Source: Camelus dromedarius
Taxonomy: Eukaryota
DNA: 60,000 nt
Direction of reading: 5' to 3'
Assembly: GCF_036321535.1 (NCBI RefSeq)
Contig: NC_087437.1
Span: 75,952,001-76,012,000 of the forward strand
How positions within the stretch are numbered: the stretch's first letter is position 1; every line of letters starts with the position of its first letter. This document shows, one piece after another, positions 36,254 to 49,540 of this stretch. The position numbers were made by a program, and so were the translations under genes. Under the pieces are notes generated by a model, which ran no database searches, was not told the origin of the DNA, and was given only the letters and a program-made list of their open reading frames with translations.

Positions 36254-38519
36254 CTGAAATAGGACAAACCATATATATAGTTAACACAAGGCACCAACAT
36301 TGCTCTTGGAAGGAAACATTTTAAATGTCTGACCCATCTAAATTACATTTAAGAGTTTTCAAAGTATTGATGGAAAAAAAAGAAGTAAAATATTGCCCAT
36401 AATTTTAAACAAATATATCTATTTACATTTACTTTGATAAATTAAATACAGAGGATTATGATGCCCTCTCTTTCAACAGAATACTGAACCAAGAGGCCAC
36501 TGGAGTAACATTTTCAAAGTATTTGTAATCTTGCAAGTTGGTAGAGAGGATAGTGTATGCAAATCTGAATAAATTGTGTCCCAAGAGACCACAATTTCTG
36601 CCTGTGGTCGGGGTCTCAGTCTGAGATCCTTTTGACCAGCTAGTCTGGAGAGGATGATGAAAGAAGGTTCTCTTCCTCTGAGGCCACTGAGATTAAGTAC
36701 GTGCTTCTTAAATTTACAGTTATCATTGGGACATTTGCTTTCAACTTCCAGGTTGGACTGATGAGAAAAGAAGCCATTGGGGAGGCCTGGCCTCTTCTGC
36801 ATACTGACTCCTCAGTAAGGACCTGGCAAACACTGGTGAAACCAGTATATAATGACTCTACCATCAGCTGAATTCTAGGAGCAGGTGAATGTGCTTTAAG
36901 AGATAATTTAATGAAGTACCACATATCAGTAGGGCAGGGCTCCTGGAAAGGTTAGTTTTAGGTACTCTAATTCTAATGGTAATACCAGCAAACCACTGAA
37001 TAGCACAGGATTGTATCCTGTTAGTCACTGTGTCAAGAGTAAGGGATACACTTGCCACCAAAGACTTTGCTCCCGGTTCAAACGAGTCAGGAATGCTGCG
37101 TCTCTTCATACACACTCATTTCCTTACGAGTTTGCCCCTCCCTCTCTTCCCTCTTAAGATAAGAATATGCAGAAATATATAGATTAAGCATTTAAGAGTA
37201 TATACTTGTAGTCAAGTTTCCTGATTGGGACTGCTTTTATTCCAGTGACCTAATGGCTTTTGGGTAGGGAAAAGAGACATCTTTCCATTTTTTTGATTAT
37301 CCAATCTCTTAAGACAGCCAGAGAAATTGTTTTTGATAGAGAAAAGGGGAGTGTGGTTCAGGAAATCAAAGTCTGATATGACAAATTCTGTGCAAACTGT
37401 ACCAGGAGGATACCTAGAGGTGCTTATCAGAAGGTGGATATGAAGGTAGACATTGGAAGTAAGACAATATATGTAATGTAGGAAGACAAGAAAAGCTAAA
37501 AGAAGAGGAAAAGAACAGAGCAAAAATAACCAAGGGTGTGAAAAAAAAATGCACTTACTGGTATAAACACTTGCATAGGTTTCATTTAAAAATTTAAACT
37601 AGCTCCCTAATGGGTTTAGGTACATCCTTCAGAAAGGAGGCTATGAATTAGTAAGATTTTTTGCCCTTAAGAGTTTGATTCTGGGCTTCCCGTTCCCAAA
37701 CAAGTGGGAGATAATATCACTTACATCAAGAGAAAGAATTTGAAGCAGAAATCATATCATGATTTGTGGCTTGGCCTTATCATATTACTGTGTAACAGAT
37801 GGCTGTGTGTAGAGAGGTTTAAGATAATAGTTCTTTGGGGGAAAAAAAAAACTTATTTGATAATGCTCCCAAACACCTTCTCAAGCAAATAATCAAAAAT
37901 GAGGAAAAAGGCTCCTTTTAAATTGTAGATCTACACCCCAGTCAAACAGTCTTAGCACATTTATACTTTGATAGTTAGCTTACCATAAGCCAGTGGTAGT
38001 ATAAATGTATTTTAATTTTTTTTCAATTTAAACTTCAATAAATGCTACCAGAAAAATAAGATAATTTGTTTAGAAACACTCCAAAGGAGTTTAATGACTC
38101 TGCATTAGCCCTGAAATTCAAAGCCTCCCACATAAAGAAGTCAAAATCTGAGTTTGCAATAAGCACTAAATAATCTCTATTGGGTATTCACAAGCTTCAA
38201 AATTTCTAGTTTCTTATCCAGATCCATCAGTTGATCCTTCTGATTATAGGGGGAACCTTGTGATTTCTCCAGTACGATCACTGCATTATCAATGGATCTT
38301 CTACAAGAACTAACTTCTTCCCTCTTTTCCTTCCGCTTCCCAGTAAAATCCTTGCAGGGTACACCAAAGGTGAAGGGTGCGTTACATCAGAACTGCTTAC
38401 AGAAAGAAAGAACCAAACAGGTGAAGGAAAAGTCAAAGAAAAGGCACAGACATCAGAAGAGGGCCAAGAGAACTGGGAAAGATGACCTGATTTCTACACC
38501 AAGACTAAGCAGTAATGGA

Positions 38520-38660
38520 AATAATAGAGTCAAGGAGAGACTTGGATTCTACGCTTGGCTTTTTAATCTACTAACTGTGGGACCAGGAGTCTCAGTTTCT
38601 TCATGTAAAGATGGAAGCTGGACTAGATTAGCTCTAAAGGGGCCATCCAGCCCTAAAATT
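38520..38660. mobile_element. MIR/MIR3 fragment
   Basis: gagtcaaggagagacttggattc...tctcagtttcttcatgtaaagatgg...ggactagat. Confidence 0.65.
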
Positions 38661-39410
38661 CTTTTTGTTTTGCCACATAGGCTAGAATCAGGGTCCTGGC
38701 CAGTGCTTTCTGCAGCCAGCTCCAGTCTCAAGGCTGTAGAAGAGTACCCCCTTGACTAGGGCTGTTAGTTTTTTGTTTTTGATGAGCCTACAGATGATTT
38801 CATTTCTTTTCAGTATCTACTCTTTTTCCCACGTGTTTCAGACGAATTTCCTGTGTATTTCAGGCAAAAGAAGCCAAGGGCTGGCTGCAAAGGGACTGCG
38901 AATGGGAGGTGTAGTTCAGGCCTGAAGGCAGACCGGGACTACAGGAAGCTTAGAAACCAGCAGACAAGGAACCAGGGGGTCAAAGGCAGACTGGCCAATG
39001 GATTACCAGTGATCATCAAGTCCCAGAGGTTAGCGTGCTGGGAGACAGTAAAGGAGTGAGTCAGGTTGCAGACAAGTAAAAGAGGCAAAAAAGGAGAATA
39101 CACTGGAAGTTCTCATAAATCACTGAAAATGAGGCAATGTCATGTCTCCAGATGTCATCTTCTCTAAACCTACAGTCAGATCAAGAAGTAATCAGGGGGC
39201 CTGCAGATGATCCACATTTGAAAAAGGTATGTAATGTGATCTTGCTAGAGTTTAGAAGAGAGGCTAGAATGCTCTGACCCAGGGGTGACCCCCAGAACAT
39301 CCTGTCTTGTCTGGTGGCCTACACCAATGACAGCCTTCAGGGTCAGTGCTCAGGGAGAAGCCTCTTCTAGGACAGAAGAACTGGGAAAGGCAGTTAGGGT
39401 TAAGTCACTA

Positions 39411-39646
39411 CAGTTGACTCTCGAACAACACAAGTTTGAACTGAGCGGGTCTACTTATGAGTGGATCTTTTTCAATAAATGTGTTACTATAGTATGACAC
39501 AATCCACAGTTGGTTGAACCCGTGGACGCAGAACTGCTGATGTTGAGGGCCTGGAGGGCCAGCTGTGAAGTTACACGTGAATTTTTAACTGAGGGGCTGG
39601 AGGGAGAGAGTGTACCCTTAATCCTGCTTTGCTGAAGGGTTAACTA
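39411..39646. mobile_element. Non-autonomous Tigger2-family (MER8-like) element
   Basis: ta|cagttgactctcgaacaacacaagtttgaactg ... gctgaagggttaacta, with degenerate terminal inverted repeats. Confidence 0.8.
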
Positions 39647-42600
39647 CAGTTGTCTAGGACAAAACAGTAGATCTGGGTCCAGCAACATCAGCAAAGCAAA
39701 CAAAAGCTTAGTGGTATGAAAAATTAATAAACAGAAACCTCAATTAAACAGAGTCAAGAGACCGAAGGGGGAGCTCTCACGCCCTGTGATGATAGCGGAG
39801 CTCAACAGGAAGCAGAAAGACTCCTCTCTCTTTTCCTGGCAAGGACTCAGCCAATGAAAAGCCGTGGACCTGGTTTACTAAAGCCCTCACAATTTCTTTT
39901 TTCCCTAAAAGTGTCTCCTTCCCTGGATGTGTGGGGACTTGCATGTGGCTCACCATGATTACAGACCCCAAATTTAAATTCTCTGCTGATCCTGAATAAA
40001 CCCATCTTTGCTGGAGAAATAACTGGCAGGCTGTTAGTTTCAGGTCAACAGTGGTGAGGAACAGGAGACAGAAAAAGCTAAGAGGGAAACAGCCCAAAGT
40101 TATATACCAGGATAGCAAGGCAGTTCCGTTTTTTTCTCTCCCTGCCAAACTAACGGAAATGTGAGAAAAGGAAGGCTTTTTGTCCTCTGAAAACAAATTA
40201 GTCATTTCTCTTTAGGCTTGTAATTGAACACACAAACCTACCCAAACACCACAAAACAAGTCCACAGGGCTGGTTTTTACACTCCACAATAATCATAACA
40301 CATTTGGAGTGTATCATCTGAGGGTGATAATGGGAGCTCACTCCTGGAGCAACATTAGGAATGTGGTAATAAGAGGCTGTCTTGTTTTCCAAACTCTGCT
40401 CCCAAAATGTAGAGTAAGTTTTTTGGGAAAACAGCACTGAGCTTGTCTTGTACCCCAGGAGGCCACTAGAGAGCTCCAGAGTCATGAATTCACATGCCAA
40501 TTAGGGGAGTCAAACTTGCACTGAAATTATTATAGCCAAATCTGGAATCTCACTGCCATGGGTTGGTCTCTCATGAGCTGAAGATGCAGTCAGATGCTGA
40601 ATGGAACACAGGAATCAAATGAATGAGCCTTATCTAAGATCCTGGGGGACTCTGCTGAAGTTATAAAGCGACTACTTTGAACTTGAGAAAAGAGATCAAG
40701 TTAGACTAAATATGTGGATCATGTTTCAAAATCTAACTATAAGCCAGATTTTTTTCTCCCCTGTAATTAGATTTATCTATTTGCAAAGAAACTAGTCTTA
40801 TGGATATACCTAGTCTGAGGTTTTTTGTTTGTTTGTTTTTGTTTTTCTTCTTGTGAGATAGCATTTATAGTTTCAATAAATAAGGGCTATCCAGATACAC
40901 CTGAAAAATCCGCGGTAGTGGCCAGTGTGCTTTAGCGCTGGTTTCCTCCCTTCCTGCTAATGCTGGTTAGGCTTCAAGTCCTTATCATGTATTTGGGGTT
41001 AATAAGCCCTCCCTAAATCTACTGGCGTTGCTGTCAAGATTAGTTTTTACAAAAAGAATACGTGAAAGCTCTCTGGAAACATAAAGCAGTATTAAGTATT
41101 AATCATCACCATCAATATTATTACAGTTAGAAACCTCTAGCTTAAGCATGAACATATGACATCATAACTTGGTAGAAAGATAAACACAGTGGTAGAGGTA
41201 GGTTATCTTGGTTTATCTGAAAACTTTACCTTGAATTCTAGTCTATAGTCTACAGGCAATCTTTTTTTATGATCCTCAAAAGTTTTAAGAAATGGCTTTG
41301 ATTTTGAATTTTAAAAGTATGGGGGAAATAAATCCTTAAAACACATTATAAGCTTAGCATTTAAACCTCAGCTGTGATTACTAAGAACCTGAAGATTCCT
41401 GATATTTGGGGGGGGGGGGGGAATTGAAAGCCAGCTATACTCAGGGTGGTGTAAAGAAAGGCCAGTGAACTTTAAGTCATCTACTTCAACAGAAGTCAGG
41501 AGCAGCTAACAGCTGCATAGCCCCAGTTGAATCAACATTTCATTTAATAGACGTCAGCTACAAACACCTACTAATGAACCTTTTGCCCAGGGTGGCTTAC
41601 AAGAGCTAAAATTATCCAGATTATGGTTCCATTTTTCTGTTCTTGTATATTTATAACCTCCCAGGTAAAGTTTTAACAAGCAGTGATACAGCCATAGGCG
41701 AGAGAGGATGATGCAGTAAAGGGCCTAGATAATTCACAAAGCACAGCCACCAACTGAATCAGTAAATGTAGGGGATGGTATGGAAATAAATAACAAAAAT
41801 GGTCACTTTAAATTACTGGTTAATTTCCAGTGCTCAAACTGATTCCTTTTTCCCTGGCCACGTAAAATGAATTTGCACTCTACACTAAAGGACATGCAAT
41901 TTTCAATGCATGTTCTCCAAAGTTTTGTTCCATAAACACGAATAATAAATAATAAATATAATTAAATAATAACAATAATAAATATTTTCAACTAAGCCCT
42001 TGAGACTGCCTAGAAGAATCAAAATTGACTTGCTTTTCTGCCCTGCAAAGGACAGAAAATTAGGGCTTCAGAATATCGTATTTTCAGCATCACACCACCC
42101 ACTCAAGGTATCACAGTAATGAAATCATTCAGTGTTAGAGGGGATATTTATAATTCATGTGTTACTATGCTTTATCATCCACCCCCCTCAAAGCACACAT
42201 ACCTTACAACAGAGTACAAATATGGAGAGTGAATCCTAGCGAGGTAAAGAGCTTGTGAATTAAAAACCGCTAATTAGTAGCAGATCTGAGACTAGTACCA
42301 GGTCTCCTAATTCCTATCTATTTCACTCTTTCCACCACCCTGCACGTGCTATGATTTCTCTTTTTATATGAGGTAGGGTTTTCATTGTTTAAAAAACAAA
42401 ATATTTAGAACAGTACCATTTCAAGAAAAGAGTAATGAGGTCTTAAATGCCTCCTCTAGACTCCTCTGATAGTTCATCACAGCCCTACATTTATCAACTC
42501 TGTGCAGAACGTACTTTTAAAATATACAAGAGTGAATGTATGTCAAATTGGGGATGCTAGGATCTAATGCTGAGAGCAGCATATCTTGTTTTGTCAGCAA

Positions 42601-43665
42601 AGTGCAGAAATGATACTCCACAGAGGTTGTGAATGTGAAGTAACAGGTGAGAAAAGAGATGTACTGCTGGCGTTTTCCGTAAAAGCCAAACGACATAAAA
42701 GCAGACATAGCGCATGTGAGCCGTGCCTACCGAGCAACAAAATGAACTTGAGTTTGAATACTTTTAACAATTATCTTTAAAACATGAGTATTTTTGATAA
42801 GTGACTCAAGGCTACACGTCCATTTTAATTTTTTCTCCTTTTAATAAAGGAATGAGAGTGTATTTGGGAATCAAAAGACATGGACTTGTTCATTAAGTTC
42901 CCCTTGGCCATAAGTGAATCAAAGGATGATCTGTGAGATCCCTCCTAGTTCTCAAAGGAAGTGACTCCTCCGTGAGCACTACAAAAATGTTCAGCTCTTT
43001 AAAATATCTAAATAGGAAAAAAAGGGGATCAATGAGAAGAATGAAAGGATGGCCCCTTACCCACCACACAATTAGCATTCACCTAAGGGTTCAACTTTTA
43101 AGAGGAATTAGATAGTCACAAATAAACATGACTGTGGGAAATTTTGAAATAAAATCTGCACCTGGGACCTATAACCTTATACTACTCAACGTGGGACTTC
43201 TCTTTGGTTATTACCCATAAGCCTCTGGGGCATGCCATTCGATCAGCTAGAGGTACTGGGAGGGGAGCCAGGAAGGAAGTTCAGGTCGGGAACCACGTCC
43301 GCAGGGCGCCCAGGTCCAGCCAGCCAGGAAGCGCCCTGTGCTGCACGATGTGACTCCCCACGCAACGTCAGCTGCAACGCTAAGTATTTTTAGTTATACA
43401 AACCTCCAATTTCTGGTTATTGTGGTTCAAAGGTTACGAATCCCTCTTTGATAGAGTAAACGCCACATGACCCACAGCCTGACCGTAAGTAGGGTCAAAA
43501 ATCTACCAGTTGTGATTTGAAAATTAAAAATAACCCAATTATGAACACTCAGGTCTAATGTTGTTGGTCGAGCCTGTATGAATTATGCCCTTTTAAACCT
43601 ACAAAAATTATGCTATTTCCAGCACAGACCACCTGAAATGATACAATAAATGTTGCTTCTTTTAC

Positions 43666-43725
43666 CTTCTGCAGGGTGAATGGCATCCAAGAAGAGTTGC
43701 TTGTTTGACCATTTATCCCCACTTC
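43666..43725 (-). CDS. BBX: BBX 60-nt coding exon
   Basis: Acceptor ttgtttttag|, donor AAG|gtaaaa. Encodes (G)SGDKWSNKQLFLDAIHPAE. Phase 1-1. Confidence 0.94.
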
Positions 43726-45083
43726 CTAAAAACAATGACAGAAAAGGAAAGTGAGCCTCTACCCCTAGTACAGACACATACACTATAAAAATAAGACAAC
43801 ACGCGAAACGACTTAAATAACAAGCATTATCAGACAAATGAAGCAGAATTTTACCTCAACTATTTAATTCTCAAAACTGCATTTGCCAACTAAAATAATT
43901 AGGTTATATAGGAGATGCATTAAACAATTTTGCCTTTCATAAAATATGTTGCTGGATAATTTCTAGGACTTTAATCAAGATACTCTGAGGATTGGTTAAA
44001 AGGTAACGATGAAACCTGACATTTTACCTAGAGTGATACCTCTCCACTGGAAGCAGGGAAAAAATATTAACACACAAAACAAAACTAAGAGGCCAAAGTG
44101 GGGGTGAATATAAAACCCAAATTAAGTAAAATGTTACACAAAAGACCACGCAGGCACGTATGTCTACACACAGAAGACAGCTGCAGTTTAAGCCTCATTC
44201 CAGAGATACGGAAGGCTCCACATCTGGCCATGCAAGTAGGATGCAAATGGGCATCGAATGAATAGGTTCATGGCAGTCATGACACTAACATGCAGAGAGA
44301 TGCCAGAGAAAGCCTGACTTCCAGGACATGTGGCTGTATTCAACCAGATGGATTCTTTCTTCTGTGTGAAAGAAGATTGGGAGTCCTGAACTGTGAGAAG
44401 AGAGAAATCTTCAGATGAGCCCTGAAGAGGTTCAAGGGCCATCTAGATCGTAACAACGAGACAGATGCTCAGAGTAAAGGGAGGGTCGAGTGCATATGTC
44501 TCTAGTGCCCTCTGGAAATAACAGTTATGTGAATGAAGGAGGTGGGACGAGTCTAGCAAACGAAGTATATAGATAGAAAAAAGAGGTTACGACGTGGGAA
44601 TGGAATCCTTCTTGACAAGAATCCTCGGGTGTCAGAGAAAGTACAGAAACTGGGGGACTATCACATGAATATGAAAATGATACGATTTCAAGAGGTAGGA
44701 AACTGTGGTCCTGGTATGAAGGCTGCCAAACGTGAAAAAAATCAAGAATAGTTGAAGAAAATAAGCAGAGAAGAGCTTAAGAAGACTAAATAACAAAATG
44801 TGCCAAATACAGACAAAAAAAAAAAAAGCAATTTCAGGATTCATGTGGAACTCTGAAAAGAGACAAACACAGGATTTGATTAGGAATCCAAGAGAAGGAG
44901 ACCTCTCTTTGCATTTAGCTGCAGAGTCTAGAAATATTGAATGTGCCTGTGTCAGGAGCCGATGACACTGAAGCAAGCAGAGGGGAGGCAGAGGCAAAGG
45001 CGGTGCAGTGAAGCATCACTCAAAGATGGATTCACAATGGAGGTGGCCGAGAAACCTTAATGGAGGATGGAAGGCACCAATAC

Positions 45084-45173
45084 CTTTTTCCGGAACATTA
45101 GGCTTCTCCTTTTTGTGCTTATATTTGCTGACAATTTTGTGGAATAAGTTCTTTTTCTGAGACTGGAAAGGAC
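45084..45173 (-). CDS. BBX: BBX 90-nt symmetric (probable cassette) coding exon
   Basis: Acceptor tctgtag|, donor AAG|gtattg. Encodes (G)PFQSQKKNLFHKIVSKYKHKKEKPNVPEK. Phase 1-1; absent from the ORF track. Confidence 0.92.
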
Positions 45174-46059
45174 CTACAGACAATATTAATATAAATATAT
45201 TTAAAATTCACAATGCTTCATAAAACAATACTGTGTATTTCTAAACAATTACACCCTCTCCCAACCTGTGGAATAAGCAAACTGAGTCACAAGAAATGTC
45301 ATCTTGCATCTTTTTTTTTTTTTTCATCTAATTTATGCTTAAGTGCCCTTCCCTGGACTTATTGAAAACCCAGTGAGATTTTCCTTAGAAATGTATTGGG
45401 CAGAAGCCTCCATTAGGGCTGAGACTCACTCAGCAGAAACTGCAGATTCAGTGACTAGAGACAGACCACAACCAGTAACAGCAGAGCAGATGTAGTCTGT
45501 AATAAAGAAGAGATTTTACTTTAGATTCCTGAATATTACAAAGATGGCATGGGTATTTCCTCTCTCCTAAGAAACTGATTTTTCACAAGGACAGCACTTT
45601 GAGGACAAAGATCAGGTTGGCCCGATGGCATTAGATAGCTTTCTAGCTTTTTCTGAGGACATTCTAGGAAGAAAAACGTGTTTAAAAATAGAAAAATATT
45701 TGCTGAAACTGTTTGAGGGGGAGGGGAAGCAGGGATCGGGAAATAGGGAGATCTCAGACTGTGTCTTAGTTTTCCCAGATAAAGAAAACTGGGATTTTTC
45801 AGTTACCCATCAGAAATGCCAACAATAGCACTGACTTTCCAAAAGTAGGTTGCTTTCTACACTTTGCTGATATTCCTCCGTGAAACTGACATTTTACGTA
45901 ACTTCTGTTTCCTCATCTGTAAATGTGGGTAATAATAGTGCCTAACTCACGGGGGTGAAATGAGGACTCACAAGGTCAGAAGCTCTGCAAACTGCCCTGC
46001 TGCATCTCCCCAGCTACCTGCATCTGCGCCCACGTGCCCTGCCTTCCTGCCAGAGGCAA

Positions 46060-49000
46060 ACTATCTGTGCTCCTGTCTAAAGTATACAATTCAGTAGTTT
46101 TTATATTCACCAATACTGGCAACCACCATCACTTTCAGAACATTTTCACCACCTCAAAAATAAATCTCATGTCCTTTTGCTGTGACTGCTCCCTTATCTG
46201 TAGTCTCTCTACCCCTGAACAATCACTATCTACTTTCAGTCTCCATAGATTTACTTATCCCGGAAATTTTCCTACAAATGGAATCACAGAATAGGATTTA
46301 CATTTCATATAAATGGAATCATATAATATGGTCTATGGTTTCTGGATTCTTTCACTGGGTGTAACATTTGCAAGGTTCCTTCATGTTGTAGCATGTATCA
46401 GTATTTCACTCCTCTTTAAGGTCAAATAATAGTCCATTGTATGAATACACCATATCTGTTTATCCATTCATCAGCGGATGGACATTTGTTTCCACCTCTT
46501 GCCTGTCATGAATAATCCTGTTATGAACATTCACGTACAGGCTTCTGTGCGGATACGTGTATTCATTTCTCTTGGACATCTACCTAGGAGTGGAATTGCT
46601 GCATCATAATAGTAAGTCTGTTTAACCTTTTGAGGAACTGCCATACTGCTTAACATCCTCAACCAAACTTACTATCTTCTTGACTACAGCCATCACGAGG
46701 AGGCAAAACTTTCTTATTCATCAGCGGATGAATAACTTTCTTATTGTGGTTCTGGTAGCCATTTCCCTGATGACTAATAATGCCAAGCATGTTTTCAAGT
46801 GCTTTTTGAGTTGTCTTTTCTTCTTGTTGAGTTGCAAGAGTTCTTTACATATTCTAGATAAAAGTCCCTTCTGTCAGATATGTGATTTGCCAATATTTTC
46901 TCCCATTCTATGGGACATTTCTTTACTTTCTTACTAGTGTCCTTTGAAGAACAAAAGTTTAACATTTTGATATAGTCCAACTTATCATTTTGCCTTTTTT
47001 TGCTTGGGCTTTTGGTGTCCTGTCAAAGGATCCATTGCCAAATCTGAGGTCATTAAGATTGATGTCTGTGTTTTCTCTGAAAAACTTACATAATTTTAGC
47101 TCTTACATTTAGGTCTTTGATCCATTTTGAGTTAATTTTTGTACACTGTGTGAGGTAAGTAAGGGTCCAACTTCTTTTTTTTTTTTTTTTTGCATGCAGA
47201 CATCCAGCTGTCCCAGCACCAATTTTTGAAAAGACTATTCTTTTCCAAGTGACTAGTCTTGGCATCCTCACTGAAAAATCTATTTACCAATGATGTGTAG
47301 GTTTATTTCTGGACCATCAGTTCTATTCTATCGACCTCTATATGTCTATGTTTATGGCAGGACTATGCTGTCTTAACTACTATTTTTTGTAGCCAGTTTT
47401 GAAACTGAGAAGACCATTTTGGCTATTCTGAATCTCTCTCAATTCCACATTAATTTTATGATCACTTGTCAGTATCTACAAAGAAGCAAGCTAAGATTCT
47501 AATAAGGATTGGGTTGAATCTGTAGATCAGTTTGAGGGAGTGTTTCCATCATAACAGTACTAAGTCTTCTGATCCATGAACATGGGATATTTTCCCATTT
47601 ATTTCAATCATCTTTCTTTCAATAATGTTTTGTAGCTTTCAGTGTGTTGCACTTATTTTGTGGAATTTATTCCCAAGTACTTTATTCTTTTTGATGCTAT
47701 TGTAAATGGAATTGTTTTCCTGATTTCATTTTCAGATCACTCATTTCAAGCACATAGAAATACAACTGAATTTTGTATAATGATCTTGCACATTGAAACC
47801 CTGCTGAACTCATTTATCAGCAATAACAGTTTTCTAGTGGATTCCTTATTTTCCTATACAAAAGATCATGTCAGCTGAGAGTCAAGATAGTAATACTTTT
47901 TCCTTTCCACAATCTGGATGCCTTTTGTTTCTTTTTCTTGGCTAGAACCTCCACTACACTGCCGAATAGAAATGGTGGAAGTGGACATCCTTGTTTTGCT
48001 CTCCACCTTAGGGGGAAAGCAACCAATCCTTTACCTTTAAGCCTAAGTTTTTTTGTAGATGTCCTTTATCAGGCTCAGGAAGTTCCCTTCTATTCTGAGT
48101 TTGCTGGGTGTTATATGAAAGGGTGTTGAATGTATCAAATGCTTTTTCTATATCCACTGAGATGAACTTGTGGATTTTTCTTCGCTGTTGTTCTTTTGAT
48201 ATGCAATATTATGTTAATTGATTTCTGGATGTTAAACCAACCTTGCATTTCTGGGTAAAATCCCAGCTGGCCATGGTATGTAATTCTTGTATGGATTCAA
48301 TTTGTTAGCATTTCGTTAAGGCTTTTTGTGCCCAAAGCTGTAAGAGACGGTGATCTGCAGTTTTTCTTTCTTGTCAGGTGTTTTGACATTAGGGTAATAC
48401 TGACCTTATAGAATGAGTTGGAAAGTGTTCCTTCATCTTCTAATTTTACAGACAAGCATATGAAAAACTTGTATTAATTCTTCTTTACATGTTTGGTAGA
48501 ATTCAGTGGTGAAGTCATCTGGGCCTTCGACTTTTTTGGGGGGAGGGCACTTTTTTGATTACTAAATTCAATCCGTATACTAGTTATAGGTCTATTCAGA
48601 TTGTCAATTTCCCCTTAAGTCAATTTCAGCAGTCTGTGCCTTTCTAGTAATTGTCCATTTCATGTAGGTTATCTTATCTATTGGCATATAATTGTTCATA
48701 ATATTATTGTTCATAATATTCCTTGATAATCCCTTCCACTTTTGTAAGGTCAGTAGTAATGGCCCCTATTTCATTTCTGATTCTAATAATTTGAGTCTTC
48801 TTTTTTTCCTGATCAGTTTAGCTAAACACTTCTCAAACTTACTGTTCTTTTCAAAGAATTAGCTTTTGGTTTCAATGATTTTCTCTATTGTCTTCCTATT
48901 CTTTAATTATTTTCATTTCATTAATTTCCTCTCTAATCTTTATTATTTTCTTTCTTCTACTCCCTTTAGGTTTAGTTTGTTCTTTTTCTGACAGTATCTC

Positions 49001-49330
49001 AAGACAGCTTAGGTTATGGATTTGAGATCTTTCTTCTTTCATAACATATGCATTTATATCGGTAAACTTTCCTCTAAGCAACGCTTTAGTTGTATCCTAT
49101 AAATTTTGGTATGCTGTGTTTTCATTTTATTTCTCTCCGTTTTCATTTTATTTATCTCAAAGTATTTTCATATTTCCCTATTGACTTCTTTGATTTACTG
49201 GTTATTTAGAGTATATTGTTTAATATCCACATATTTGAATGTTCTATAAATGTCTGCTACATCTAGTTATTGCCCAGTGTTCAAGTCTTCTCCTTCCTTG
49301 TTGATCTTCTGCCTAGTTGTTCTATCAAAC
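46060..49330 (-). mobile_element. ~3.3 kb L1M (L1MB-like) fragment, 3' UTR plus decayed ORF2, sense to BBX
   Basis: ORF2 remnants on the minus strand: LRGKFTDINAYVMKEERSQI, TKINSKWIKDLNVRAK, DYIKMLNFCSSKDT...EWEKILANHISD; many stops and frameshifts. Confidence 0.93.
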
Positions 49331-49339
49331 CTATTCTTT

Positions 49340-49540
49340 TTTCTATATTACTGCTCACCTTCTAACATATTATATACTTTTCTTATTGTTTAAGGCTTGC
49401 TTATAGTCCAGCATTCCCACTATAATGTAACCTCCATCGAAGCAGGGTTCTCTGTTTTCATTCACAGATATATTTTACATATCTAGAATGGTGTTTAACA
49501 CATGACTAGTTCTCAATAATATTGTTGCATGAACAAATAA
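49340..49540 (+). mobile_element. L2a 3' end
   Basis: cactataatgtaacctccatcgaagcaggg...atctagaatggtg...ttctcaataatattgttgcatgaac. Confidence 0.75.

Noticed and set aside
38292..38759. 155-aa antisense ORF in a BBX intron
   Set aside because: Runs through a MIR fragment and has no recognisable homology.
40461..40476. CTCF-like site GGCCACTAGAGAGCTC
   Set aside because: Mismatch in the core GGC positions; not supportable without PWM scoring or ChIP.
41408..41421. Intronic G14 homopolymer
   Set aside because: Simple homopolymer with no supporting context; length may be a sequencing artefact.
46795..49081. Active L1 ORF2 / reverse transcriptase gene
   Set aside because: Only short fragments separated by stops and frameshifts; 5' truncated.
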